Source: Ignisphaera sp. (GTDB taxonomy: Archaea > Thermoproteota > Thermoprotei_A > Sulfolobales > Ignisphaeraceae). Taken from it: a stretch of DNA of 64,000 bases. The stretch is from contig JAPWTX010000002.1 of NCBI GenBank assembly GCA_028275825.1, positions 23,206-87,205 of the forward strand, written 5' to 3'. Positions 28,295 to 38,831 of this stretch are shown piece by piece. The position numbers were made by a program, and so were the translations under genes. A model generated the notes under the pieces. It did no database searches, was not told the origin of the DNA, and saw only the letters and a list, made by a program, of their open reading frames with translations. Position 1 is the stretch's first letter, and each line of letters starts with the position of its first letter.

Positions 28295-29177
28295 AGATCT
28301 GTGTAATATCGCTAGAGCAGCTACTAGATTTGGACAGAGCGCAGCTACGTCTATGGAGTTAGGGGTGAGTAGATCGAGATTCCTAGGTATAGGTCTTGAG
28401 TACGCTGATTTCAGGGAGTATCAAGAGGGAGACGATATTAGGTATGTAGACTGGAGAATGACAGCGAGATCTCTAGACTCTTCAGCAAATGACTACAGGC
28501 TTTACGTAAAGGTTTTCCACGTAGAGCAGATGAAGAACGTTATCCTTGTAGTAGATTTAACAAACTCTATGCTTATAGAAGACAAGATTGCATCTATGTT
28601 CTACACAGCTTCGCTAATCCTAGAGCTTTCACATAGACTGTTAGACAAGGTAGCACTAGTTATAGTTAGTAGAGGGGTAGAGGTTATCCAAGGTCTTAGA
28701 GGAAGAGATGCTGTGAAGATCCTGGAGAACACTATATGCGAAGAGAGGAACGTTGGCGGGGATACAAGGCTTAGCAGTACACTAAAGATAGTTAAACCTA
28801 TTGCAAGGAAAAGAGCATCGCTAATCGTTTTGACAGACTATGCCCACGATATTGAGGATTTCGAGGTTCTATCGAAGATTAGAAAAGTTATGTTTATACC
28901 TATAGCTATATACATAAACGTTTATAGATGGGAGGTAGAGAAACCTGTTGATAGAGCAACAGCAGGTCTAATCGATGTAGAGAATCTAGTGAGCATAGTG
29001 AACAGCTTAGAGGAAGTATACAAAGCGATAAAAACCCATGTAAACCACGTTAAAGCGGTTCTATCGAGTGCTAGAGCAAACTATCTAGAAATTCAAGGAT
29101 TCAGCGATGCAAAGATTAAGACAGCTAGAATAGCTGAGGTATTCCTTAAAACAAGGTATACATACATAGTTATCTAG
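28269..29177 (+). CDS. DUF58 family protein (MoxR partner)
   Basis: EYADFREYQEGDDIRYVDWRMTAR motif. Confidence 0.92.
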   Translation: MGMLSYLSRDLCNIARAATRFGQSAATSMELGVSRSRFLGIGLEYADFREYQEGDDIRYVDWRMTARSLDSSANDYRLYVKVFHVEQMKNVILVVDLTNSMLIEDKIASMFYTASLILELSHRLLDKVALVIVSRGVEVIQGLRGRDAVKILENTICEERNVGGDTRLSSTLKIVKPIARKRASLIVLTDYAHDIEDFEVLSKIRKVMFIPIAIYINVYRWEVEKPVDRATAGLIDVENLVSIVNSLEEVYKAIKTHVNHVKAVLSSARANYLEIQGFSDAKIKTARIAEVFLKTRYTYIVI

Positions 29178-29230
29178 AGAACTATAACCTGTAGATATTT
29201 AAACATTCTACCATGTTCAAGTCTATGTAT

Positions 29231-29275
29231 AGAGCCCAGTATTTACAGCTATTCACAGATATCTAAACTTATCGA
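29231..29275 (-). repeat. Solo left-end remnant of the F3/F4 family
   Basis: ATTTACAGCTATTCACAGATATCTAAACTTATCGA, nearly identical to 14405-14436. Confidence 0.7.
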
Positions 29276-29397
29276 CAAATATGCAACACCTGTGACTTTC
29301 ATTGGCTTTACTTATGTAGAGCACAATAGGCAGATTTCATCCAACAACCATTATTCCTAAAAGACCCTAAAACTTTTTACCTCTAGATAAAAGTGGT

Positions 29398-30264
29398 TTG
29401 ATCAATTGCGTTGAAATGGGTGGTTATATCTTGAATTTTGTCGATGTTTTAAGAGAGTTGAATGGAGGTGTTAGAGAGAAGTTTTTGGGTTTGTTTAACT
29501 GGTTTAAGTCTGTGGAGAGACCTGTTTTAGTAGCTTTTTCTGGCGGTGTTGATAGTTCTGTTGTGCTTGCTGTTGCTTCGCTAGCTTTAGGTAGAGACAG
29601 TGTTATTGCTGTTACTGCTACGTCTCCTATACACCATGAAGAGGATTTGTTGTGGGCTAAGAGGATTGCTGAGATTCTTGCTGTAAGGCATGTAATTATT
29701 GAGAGTCGCGAGCTGGAGGATACCAATTTCATTTCTAACCCTCCAAACAGGTGCTATTTCTGTAAGAAGGATCTTGCTGAAGAGCTTAGCAAAGTAGCGA
29801 GAGAGTTTGGTACAAAAACTATTGTTGATGGTACCAACGCATCGGATTTGAATAGCTATAGACCAGGTCTACTAGCCTTTGCAGAGGCAGGTGTTAGAAG
29901 CCCTTTAGCAGATGCTGGGATTACAAAAGACGAGGTGAGGGAAATTGCTAAAGCACTAAAATTGCCGAACTGGGACAGACCCCCAATGTCCTGCCTCGCC
30001 ACTAGAATACCGCATGGAGAGCGTATAACTATTGAGAAACTGGAAAGAATTGCAGAAGCAGAAAAGGTAGTAAAAATACTGACTGGGGCAAGACTGGTTA
30101 GGGTCAGGGACCATGGATACATCGCTAGGATAGAGGTGGGCAAAGATGAGAGAAAAAGATTCTTCAACGAAAACATTATGGATAAGCTAGCAGAGGAATT
30201 ACAGAAATTGGGATACAAATATGTGACGCTAGATCTCTACGGCTACAGAAGTGAGCCCAGATGA
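29398..30264 (+). CDS. larE: LarE-family ATP-dependent sulfur transferase (PP-loop)
   Basis: AFSGGVDSS, NRCYFCK, DGTNASD, RPG, SCLATRIP, VRVRDHG motifs. Confidence 0.9.
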   Translation: MINCVEMGGYILNFVDVLRELNGGVREKFLGLFNWFKSVERPVLVAFSGGVDSSVVLAVASLALGRDSVIAVTATSPIHHEEDLLWAKRIAEILAVRHVIIESRELEDTNFISNPPNRCYFCKKDLAEELSKVAREFGTKTIVDGTNASDLNSYRPGLLAFAEAGVRSPLADAGITKDEVREIAKALKLPNWDRPPMSCLATRIPHGERITIEKLERIAEAEKVVKILTGARLVRVRDHGYIARIEVGKDERKRFFNENIMDKLAEELQKLGYKYVTLDLYGYRSEPR

Positions 30265-30688
30265 ACTAGTGTCAAAGAAAGTTATAGGAATTAAATGATT
30301 TAATTAAGTAAGAATACAATGATAAATACTGCAAAGATTTGCACCATTTTCAAATTACTAATGCAAGGAAAAAAGACATTGAATTGTCTACCATCTCTAA
30401 GAAGGTATATCAGAAGAAGACTTTGTATAAAAAGGGATATAGATTCATTTCACACTCTATTTAATTATTACTAGATTAAGAAGATTCTTTAACATGCACA
30501 CTATTTAAACAAGCCTTATAATCGCATTATATGCCTGTCTTGAAACATTGTACAAGGAAGAATCATTGCCTTTTTAAAGAATCTTTCCTTACCCTATATC
30601 TATTTCATCTTCTTTATTTATGTTTCTTTACATCCTAATTTTCGGCCATTTCTCGGTAGATGGTGATTCATAGTCTCTCATATCCATT

Positions 30689-30850
30689 GGTTTCAGCTCC
30701 CCGCTATCTACTTCTCAACGGTCTCTCCGGGTCCACTCACCGCAGAGGCTTCAGTCTCTGTTGCCAGGGGTTTTAAAGCCCTGTGGGTCTTGGGAACTCA
30801 GAGGCACTGATTATGTGTAGTGGTCTTGAGGGTTTTTAAGCATTAGTGGG
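30689..30850 (-). mobile_element. GC-rich non-coding element F7, related to F5/F6
   Basis: Minus-strand end GAGCTGAAACC resembles F5 GAGCTGAACCCC; GACCCGGAG shared with F6; single copy in the window. Confidence 0.45.
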
Positions 30851-31446
30851 CATAGATTCTATACAATGAATAAAGACTGAGACAGCCCTCTTCACGTTTA
30901 AGCACAGTTGTCTTTCCCTTGCTTCCAACGCTAAGCTCTATTCTGCCCTATACTCACAGCAAAGGTATTCTCAATCCTTATGATATCAACAGATTTGACT
31001 AGATCTAACTGTTCCCTTCACAAGCTTAATACAACCTCTCCCAGCTTATCCATTACAGAGGCTTCGGCAGCAACAGTCTTACCATACTTTATTGAAGCCT
31101 TTCTTGACTTACATGTCGTAGTATCATGTGTAACTCTTGCTAATTTAAGTGTTGCCATGCTTAGAATTATAGAGTCTCTTACTCCAAAGCTTCGAACAGA
31201 CCCTGAGACCATGAGGAAGAGCAAGGCAGATGCTAGAGTTGCCGTAGTTCATGGCAGAGCTATAACAGCTTTCACAAGTTTTTCTAGTCTACATCTCATT
31301 ATTACAGAGCGTTCATCATTTGCCAAGTATTTAAAAATGTTTACAGCTGTTCACAAATCACTACAAACTTGTAGCAGTCTTTTCAACAGCTTTGTTGTAC
31401 AAGAACCTACTGTAGATAAAATTCTGCTAGACTAAACTTTATAACA

Positions 31447-32301
31447 TTGGTAAGCCATGTAGAGATAAGTGAGGTTAGGTGTATGGTGTTTGGCAGGGCT
31501 TTTCCTTGGGTAGCTTCAATCATAATAACGCTTCTTCTCATAGGCTATGTAGTGGCTGTGCATTTGCTAAGGGTTTCAGAAGTGGTAATGCCTTCACCTC
31601 TTACTGTGAGAGTTGTTAATAAAACTGTGTACCTTCCTTTGCCAGGAAGGATTACTAATATCAGTGTTGAAGAGGCTTTGCTCTGGAGAAGAAGCATTAG
31701 GGAGTATACTGATAGACCTCTCACAGTAGTGCAATTGTCAATGCTTTTATGGGCTGCCTACGGAGTCAATGATGTTAGATGGGGGTTTAAGACAACGCCC
31801 AGCGCTGGTGCCACATATCCCCTAGAGATTTATGTTGTTATTGGTGAAAGAGGTGTAGCATTAAATGAGACCCACTATCTTGAGGCAGGGGTCTACAAAT
31901 ACGATCCATATACACATAGCCTTAAACCAGTTAAGCTAGGTGATGTTAGGAAAGAGCTTCAGGAAGCTGCTCTAGGTCAAGAGTGGGTCGGTAAAGCACC
32001 TGTAAGCATAGTTATAGCTGCTGTTTTTGAGAGAACTACAAGAATCTATGGTGAGAGGGGTAGGCTTAGATATGTGCCTATGGAGGTGGGTCACGCAGGG
32101 CAAAACATATACCTAATGGCCACAGCACTTGAGCTAGGAACAGTTGTTGTAGGAGCGTTTTATGATGACCAAGTTTCTAGCGTTATAAGCCTTCAGCCAA
32201 ATGAGGTACCGCTATACATAGTACCAGTTGGAGTTCCAAAAACACCATACAGAATATCTTTTAGTGATATAGCAAGGTTTATAGAGAGTAAGAGGGGCTA
32301 G
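31447..32301 (+). CDS. SagB/ThcOx-family nitroreductase-like oxidoreductase with N-terminal TM
   Basis: RRSIREY, TTPSAGATYPLE, EVGHAGQNIYL, VVGAFYDD. Confidence 0.92.
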   Translation: MVSHVEISEVRCMVFGRAFPWVASIIITLLLIGYVVAVHLLRVSEVVMPSPLTVRVVNKTVYLPLPGRITNISVEEALLWRRSIREYTDRPLTVVQLSMLLWAAYGVNDVRWGFKTTPSAGATYPLEIYVVIGERGVALNETHYLEAGVYKYDPYTHSLKPVKLGDVRKELQEAALGQEWVGKAPVSIVIAAVFERTTRIYGERGRLRYVPMEVGHAGQNIYLMATALELGTVVVGAFYDDQVSSVISLQPNEVPLYIVPVGVPKTPYRISFSDIARFIESKRG

Positions 32302-32304
32302 TCC

Positions 32305-32637
32305 ATGCAATTGACTAAAGCATATATAGCACTTGTCATGGCTGAGGCAACAGCCACCCCCCTACTCCTACTCATAGCACTATACATTTTAACAGGTTAC
32401 CAAACACTTTACCCTGATAAGCTAAGACTATTTCCAAATCCAACAGCAATACACACAGATAAAGTACTTAGAATAGCCACAACAATTTTAGCAACACTAC
32501 ACAGCTCAGCAGGCATAGTGCTACTTTGCGAACGCAGAATTAGAAATAGATTAACTAGAGAAGTGATAGAGATCATTGTACTGCTACTCTTCTTAGCAAT
32601 ATGCGCAGCACTGCTCATAACAGACATAACAGGGTAG
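32305..32637 (+). CDS. Small three-helix membrane protein with two His residues
   Basis: Hydrophobic helices, AIHTD and TLHSSAG; starts 3 nt after the oxidoreductase stop. Confidence 0.7.
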   Translation: MQLTKAYIALVMAEATATPLLLLIALYILTGYQTLYPDKLRLFPNPTAIHTDKVLRIATTILATLHSSAGIVLLCERRIRNRLTREVIEIIVLLLFLAICAALLITDITG

Positions 32638-32981
32638 AGGAAGCTGCTAGATATGCAAGCCTTAATGTACTGTTTTACAATTTGTTTTAATTCTTCTATT
32701 ACTATTACATAAACTTTTTCCACGCAGTGCCATTTTAATGAAAGAGTTGACTCAAATTATTCATTCTAACTCATGGTCCATAGAAAGTTTCTCTATAAGC
32801 TCATAACTCAAATCCTTGTACACCCCTTCTCTGCTCAACTCTTCAGAGCTAAACAACTGAAAGTCCTGCTCTTTAGGGTGGGGAGGAGACTATGTCTTGA
32901 ATCAAAACAAAGGCATTCAATGGTGCACCTATACAGAGTTTTGAGAATGCACCATCAAGCATCTTTAAAAGTAAGGGGGTC

Positions 32982-33665
32982 TTAAGGTGTCTGGAGTAGA
33001 AGTAGTGTTGCTGTTGCTGAAAACGCTATCAGTATATTATCGTCAATAAACCCAAATTCTAGTCTTTCAATAACTGTAGCTATGCTTCCTGCAACTACCC
33101 CTGGTATCCCAGCTAGCAGATAGCCTATTGGTATAACAATGAATGCCATTGCTATGTTTCCTAACCAGTGTTTTGTTCTCCTACCAAACATTGCATTCCT
33201 AACTACACCAGTTACAGCATCTCCAAATGATATGAAAAGAGCGGGGATGATAGCTTTCCAAGGGTTTCCTAAAGCAAGCCATAGAATGAGTATTGTTGTT
33301 CCCCATGCAATGCAGAAGTTAACCTCATAGGCATTATCCTTTACTTGAAACCATTCAAGTTCTTTATTGCTTATGTGGGGATAGAGTGTTATAAAACCCA
33401 GTGTTAAAGCAAATGCAAATGGTGTAAAGGGCTCTTTGAATAGGACTGGTAATATGAGTGCCACAACTCCTCCAGTTGTAATGTGTATTATCTTCCTATT
33501 GTAATATATAGCAACATTTCTTGGAATGCCCTTCTCAATCATAACCCTATATAAGTGCTTTGTTACAACAGAAACTATTATGAGTACATATATGAAGAGG
33601 GGTATTGCTATTAAAACATCGCGCAAAGCGATATTCAAATTCATAGGAATGCTACTGCTATTCAC
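32982..33665 (-). CDS. Dolichol/phytol kinase-like membrane protein (CTP transferase family)
   Basis: NRKIIH, FGDAVTG, IDDN motifs. Confidence 0.8.
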   Translation of the reverse strand: MNSSSIPMNLNIALRDVLIAIPLFIYVLIIVSVVTKHLYRVMIEKGIPRNVAIYYNRKIIHITTGGVVALILPVLFKEPFTPFAFALTLGFITLYPHISNKELEWFQVKDNAYEVNFCIAWGTTILILWLALGNPWKAIIPALFISFGDAVTGVVRNAMFGRRTKHWLGNIAMAFIVIPIGYLLAGIPGVVAGSIATVIERLEFGFIDDNILIAFSATATLLLLQTP

Positions 33666-33679
33666 AGCTATATAAAACT

Positions 33680-34042
33680 TTATGATTGTTCTTCACTCTG
33701 TATTGAAACCTCTCTACACACATCTTCAAATCTCTCAACGCTTAGCACGAGCTGATAGCCTGATTCACCCCCCTCAGAAACAACACCTCCAAGCACCTGG
33801 GATACCGTGTCTAAACTTGTGCACTGCACAGCATAGCTATATGCATCTATAAACCTTGGAAAACTCTCTGTACTCTCATAATAATTGTAAAGCCCATAGA
33901 AATCGATCCTCACCCTCCTTTGCCCAGTAAGCCTAACCATGGCGAGCATACGTTTACAGGAAGCCTGCAGGTAATTTAGTAAGGCATTTTTTATGGATTG
34001 CAAAGCCTCTTCAACTAAATAAGCTTCACATTTAACTGTCAT
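33680..34042 (-). CDS. Hypothetical protein
   Basis: 120-aa ORF, same strand and 14 bp from the kinase gene. Confidence 0.6.
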   Translation of the reverse strand: MTVKCEAYLVEEALQSIKNALLNYLQASCKRMLAMVRLTGQRRVRIDFYGLYNYYESTESFPRFIDAYSYAVQCTSLDTVSQVLGGVVSEGGESGYQLVLSVERFEDVCREVSIQSEEQS

Positions 34043-34166
34043 AAGGTTTCAGTAGCCTCACAAAATAAATGCTTTTATGAAACCCATCTCCCAAACCTTA
34101 TTACACTCTAATCCTGTATAGGAGTTGCTCTCCCTTAATTTAGAAGATCATGAAGATTAAAATTGT

Positions 34167-34679
34167 GTGCAAGCTACAGTACTGTGTTGTAGCGTGTATT
34201 TTATGAGCGTAATTGATATAGCTTTGCACAACGCTATAAAATTCTTGGTGATGTTCACTATTCTCCCACCAGCAATAATGATACTACCTCTACTAGTAAT
34301 AGGCACGCTATTTGTTGAAAATTTCTATGAGTACTCTTTAAAGCTACTAGCCGTGGCATTACCACCCATAACACTATTCACAAGTGTTAAGGTATGGTTA
34401 TGGTGGTCTACATACATTGTACCATTGAAGAAGATTTCAAGAGCCATCAACATTCTTAAGAGCTCTGGATACCTCATAGATGACAACAGATTCAACGTTG
34501 TAAGTGGTGATACTACTATCATCGAAGCTGAGAACTGTTCAGAAATTCCTAAAAATGCTATGTACACTGTTGCAGCTATTTCAAGAGGGAAATGGATGGA
34601 GTTAGTAGGTATTATGGATGAACAGAGAAGAGTCTATAGCCTATTAAATGTCTCCATAGATGTGTGCAGAGGTTATTAA
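34167..34679 (+). CDS. Hypothetical membrane protein
   Basis: Two TM helices plus a soluble C-terminal domain; start uncertain. Confidence 0.6.
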   Translation: MQATVLCCSVYFMSVIDIALHNAIKFLVMFTILPPAIMILPLLVIGTLFVENFYEYSLKLLAVALPPITLFTSVKVWLWWSTYIVPLKKISRAINILKSSGYLIDDNRFNVVSGDTTIIEAENCSEIPKNAMYTVAAISRGKWMELVGIMDEQRRVYSLLNVSIDVCRGY

Positions 34680-34735
34680 AGAAATGAAAACCTAGTTAAA
34701 AACAAAAATAGAATACAGGGATTGTTCTCAGCCCA

Positions 34736-36328
34736 CTAGGGCCAAACCCTCTTTCCACTGACATAAGTCTCTAAAACCCTTATGCTTCTCAACTCCCTTG
34801 GATCTACTGAAAGAGGGTCTCTGTCAACAACAATAAAGTCTGCTAACTTACCAACCTCAAGTGATCCTAAATTCATCTCTTCATGCATTATATATGCTGA
34901 GCCATAGGTATGTATATGTAGTGCCTCCAAGATTGAGATGCTCTCGTTTTCCGTATCTCTTGCATGAGGGACGCCATCATGTATCCCCCTTGTTACAGCA
35001 GAGTATAAGGAAGACCAGGGGTTTGAAGATTCCACTGGGCTATCAGAACCAAAACCAATAGCAACACCGCTTTCTGCTATCGTTTTTATTGGATAGAGCC
35101 ATCTTATTCTATCGCCTCCAAGTCTTTGTTTAGCCCACCAATCTGAGATTATGAATTGTGGGTGAGCTGATATAGCAACTCCTAGCTTAGCCATTTCTTT
35201 AACTTGATCCTCTCTAACAACAGATGCATGTTCAATTCTGTGCCTAGCTTTGTCTACACCTCCAATCTCTTTATATGCATCAAGTATCATGTCTATAGCT
35301 CTATCGCCAATACCGTGAATAGACATTTGAAGCCCAGCACTATGCACCTTTTTCACAAGTGTTTTCAAATCCCTGAAATCTACATCGGGTCTGCCACTAG
35401 TCAATGGGTCATCTGCATATGGTTTTGACAGCCATGCTGTTCTGGCTCCTAGAGAGCCATCTGCATGTACCCTTATCCCCATTATTTTCAGAAAATCATC
35501 TCCAAACCCAGCTTTAAGCCCTGCATTCTCCAAAGCATCTATAGCATCCCATGAAGCAGCTCCATCTATATACACCCTTACTCTTATTGGAAGCCTCTTT
35601 TCAGCCCACAACTCGGTTAAAGCTTTTAATGCATTGATGCTGCATCCCACGAAACCTACTGTAGTCACACCTTGTGAAGCCATATGTCTTGTTGCATCCA
35701 TGATATACTTCTTGTAATCTTCTACCGATAGAGACTCTGCAATTTTTCTCCTTACATATTCCAAAATCTCCTCTCTAACAACACCCGTTGCAACTCCCCT
35801 GACATCTCTTAACACATTTGGCGAATCCAAGTTCCCTACACCAGTTATCTCAATGGCTCTGGAATTCAGAACAGCTACATGCATACATACTCTAACAAGC
35901 ATCACAGGTCTCTTGCTCACAACTTCATCGAGATCCCACCTCGTAGGAAATCTCTTCTCCTTGAACAGCTCCTGATCCCAGCCAAACCCCATGATCCACA
36001 GAGTTTCAGCTCTTTTACTATACTCTAAGAGCCTTTGTTTAAGCTCCTCAATACTTCCTACACCATGAAAATCAAGCATGTTTAAATCCATGCCAAGCTG
36101 ATCTAGATGGGCATGGGAATCTACAAAACCTGGCAACACAGTTTTTCCACGAAGATCAACAACCTCGCCACCTAGAGAGTCTACAACTCTTCTAGCCCCT
36201 GCAGAATCACCTATATAAATTACCTTACCACTAAAACTTTCAACGACGAAAGCCTCTACAATCTTCAAAGGCTTGAAAGATGCATAGATGTTGCCATTAA
36301 CAAAAGCTAGAGTCATAAAACACACCAT
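34736..36328 (-). CDS. Amidohydrolase 3 family (YtcJ-like) metal-dependent hydrolase
   Basis: PGFVDSHAH, ADGSLGARTA, IHGIGDRA, RIEHAS, FGSDSP motifs. Confidence 0.93.
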   Translation of the reverse strand: MVCFMTLAFVNGNIYASFKPLKIVEAFVVESFSGKVIYIGDSAGARRVVDSLGGEVVDLRGKTVLPGFVDSHAHLDQLGMDLNMLDFHGVGSIEELKQRLLEYSKRAETLWIMGFGWDQELFKEKRFPTRWDLDEVVSKRPVMLVRVCMHVAVLNSRAIEITGVGNLDSPNVLRDVRGVATGVVREEILEYVRRKIAESLSVEDYKKYIMDATRHMASQGVTTVGFVGCSINALKALTELWAEKRLPIRVRVYIDGAASWDAIDALENAGLKAGFGDDFLKIMGIRVHADGSLGARTAWLSKPYADDPLTSGRPDVDFRDLKTLVKKVHSAGLQMSIHGIGDRAIDMILDAYKEIGGVDKARHRIEHASVVREDQVKEMAKLGVAISAHPQFIISDWWAKQRLGGDRIRWLYPIKTIAESGVAIGFGSDSPVESSNPWSSLYSAVTRGIHDGVPHARDTENESISILEALHIHTYGSAYIMHEEMNLGSLEVGKLADFIVVDRDPLSVDPRELRSIRVLETYVSGKRVWP

Positions 36329-36500
36329 AAAAATTGTGATTGTCTGAATTAAAATGTTGTTCTGAAACTGCAGACTCTAGCTGACCTCCTTCATGCTTTA
36401 GAGACGTGGATTCCTAGGCTATTTACAAGTAACATTAATGTGTTACTAAACTGAGGAACTACAGGCTATAGGCTCTACATAGCTGTAAAATATTAGCTAA

Positions 36501-36791
36501 TTGCTGTATCTTCTTAACGGAAACGCTATGTCTATAGAGATTGAGAGCAGAAACCCAGGAATACTAGTGCATGTACTAAGGAAAGAACTCAATGAGATGC
36601 TAGCTCAGAATCCATATCTCAAGAAGAGCATAAAGATGTTGATAACATCTCATGACAAACTCTTGATACTCATGGACGAAACTCTTGATAGTGAGAAAGC
36701 TATTAATGGTATTCTAAGACTTGTAGAAAAACTGTTAAAGGATTATACTGTCAGGAAGTTGCCGAGAAATGTGGAGATGAACACAATTTGA
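36501..36791 (+). CDS. Hypothetical protein
   Basis: 96-aa ORF in an intergenic gap with plausible composition. Confidence 0.55.
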   Translation: MLYLLNGNAMSIEIESRNPGILVHVLRKELNEMLAQNPYLKKSIKMLITSHDKLLILMDETLDSEKAINGILRLVEKLLKDYTVRKLPRNVEMNTI

Positions 36792-36867
36792 TTAAAGTCT
36801 TGATAGAGTAGAAATATTTTGAGCAATTTAATCCCTTTTCAATGAACAAGCAAATGCATCTCCCAAC

Positions 36868-37593
36868 CTAAGGTATAGAACCCTTAGCCGTAAATAGTAT
36901 GTAGAGAGCTATCGCCATCATAATGATTGATGCTGCAATCTTTATAAACCTTTGCTTAGACAGCGCATATTTGTATAAGGTGCTTATCTTTGTCAATCCA
37001 ATTACTGCAACAGCTATTATAATCAGTGGTAAAACAAAGAATGCTGTGTAGAGACATGCTAGAGGCAACCAAGCTGCGAATCCCACATCCTTTGTTATAA
37101 TGTTGAACGTTACGTATAGCCCTGCACTACACGGCATTAGCGTGAATGAGGCTATGAAGCCTAGTAGCACAATTCCAACAACACCATATCTATTCGGATC
37201 AATGGCATCAAGCCTCAGCTTCTTTGCCAATCTACAAACAGCTCTATCCTCTCTACAAACAGCTATATCAAACCCCTCATCACTAGCTAAAAGCGTGTAT
37301 ATAAGCATTGCAACACCATAGCAAAGGAGAATAGCTGATAAAACCCAGCGTGGAGGATTAGTGAGATTGAAAAGCAGCTTCAGAATTGCTCCAAAAATGA
37401 GATACCCAATGTAAACACTAGAAATAAATGCTGTAGCAACTCTAGAAACCCTCTTCAAACCCCCAATAGAGGCTGAAAGTAGGAGAGATGTGTATAATGC
37501 AAATATACAAGGATCTATAGAATCTGCGAGGGCCGCAAAAACAATAAAGCTAACTATCTGCCACAAATCATAAACCAACAAAATTATGTACAC
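36868..37593 (-). CDS. CcdA/DsbD-like transmembrane thiol-disulfide protein
   Basis: DSIDPC and LMPCS membrane Cys motifs, about six TMs. Confidence 0.8.
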   Translation of the reverse strand: MYIILLVYDLWQIVSFIVFAALADSIDPCIFALYTSLLLSASIGGLKRVSRVATAFISSVYIGYLIFGAILKLLFNLTNPPRWVLSAILLCYGVAMLIYTLLASDEGFDIAVCREDRAVCRLAKKLRLDAIDPNRYGVVGIVLLGFIASFTLMPCSAGLYVTFNIITKDVGFAAWLPLACLYTAFFVLPLIIIAVAVIGLTKISTLYKYALSKQRFIKIAASIIMMAIALYILFTAKGSIP

Positions 37594-37728
37594 CTTATGC
37601 TTTCACAAAACTAACCTCTTAATTAATTTTAATCAGCTTTCTCTACATGTTTCTTCTAAAGAAGTTCATACCATACTGCACATATCATCAATGTGTAAAG
37701 AAAGTCAGCAAATATGGTGATAAGCGAA

Positions 37729-37978
37729 GGGGTTCAGCTCTTATATAGATTCATATTGCTTTATGGTCATAGCCTCATCTCCATTCCCCTGCACTGTTTC
37801 TAGGGTTTGCATATGCCTTGGGGGCGTTCAGAACCACCCCGGGAACCCCACATCTTGGGTTGCTGCCCTTGGGGAGAGCCCTCTACGGCTCTTCGCCCCT
37901 CACAGGGAATCTCATCAAGATGTTTAATAGTGTCAAACCTTATAAACCTGTATGAAACTAGAAACAGCTACGAAAGGC
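37729..37978 (-). mobile_element. Non-coding repeat family F5, copy b
   Basis: Reverse-complement match to 15580-15834. Confidence 0.85.
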
Positions 37979-38447
37979 AATTTGGCTAAGCTTTCAGAAA
38001 AGAAGATAATTATATCATTATGCAACCACCTTCATCGATAACTCTCGAGATGCAGAGTTTAGACTTTTATTAGGTATTTGCCATGGTCAAGCTCTGTATA
38101 CTGAGATTAAATTCAGAGGTGGAGTAGCTATTCTATAACTATTGGCAAAGTACTGGAGGAGGTAAGGCCGTTATATGGTAAAAGAGTTCATGTAATGATT
38201 ATAGCAGATAAATAATGCCAAATCATACAAATCAGTATGAAACTCAAAAACAGTGTGTCGAGATTTCGTTTAGTATTTAATAACTGTTTATTGTGTCTAG
38301 GGTTTAGGTAATGTTCGTCTTTTGCGATTTCGGTTTACCAAGACTTTCTTTGTTGGTTTATATAGCGAAATATTTATAAACTATGTTGGTAACACTTAGT
38401 ATAGGATAAAAGCATTATGGAGATATTTACCATATGGTGTGTAAAAC

Positions 38448-38831
38448 GTGGTTAAGTGTATTGAGGTAGAGACGCTGTCGCGAATGTATAGTAGAGCTGG
38501 TGCTGCAGATAAGAAGCTTAGAATAGCTTTAGTTGGGTTACATCCACCTACGCTTTTAGTACTTGGTAAAGGTTATTATGTGTGCAGAGATATTGAATTC
38601 CTTAAAAAACTTATAGACAGTGTTCTTGATGGCAACTGTTTCAATGTTGTATACATAGTTAGGAAGATTGACGAGGGGTGGCTCAGGAATTATCTACCTG
38701 ATGTTAGGTATGGAGATGATGTTTCTGGGGATGGTGTTGCTACTGTGTTGAGAGTTGAAGCAGGTAGGTTTAGAAAAACTTGTTTAGAGAAGGAGATTTT
38801 AGTACGTGCCTTAGAGGCTTACGCAAATTAA
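38448..38831 (+). CDS. Hypothetical protein
   Basis: 127-aa ORF with GTG start after TTTATAAA; convergent overlap with proC. Confidence 0.65.
   Translation: MVKCIEVETLSRMYSRAGAADKKLRIALVGLHPPTLLVLGKGYYVCRDIEFLKKLIDSVLDGNCFNVVYIVRKIDEGWLRNYLPDVRYGDDVSGDGVATVLRVEAGRFRKTCLEKEILVRALEAYAN

Noticed and set aside
30980-31435. 151-aa plus-strand ORF and overlapping 68-aa minus-strand ORF
   Set aside because: No motifs and atypical composition; the region looks like decayed sequence
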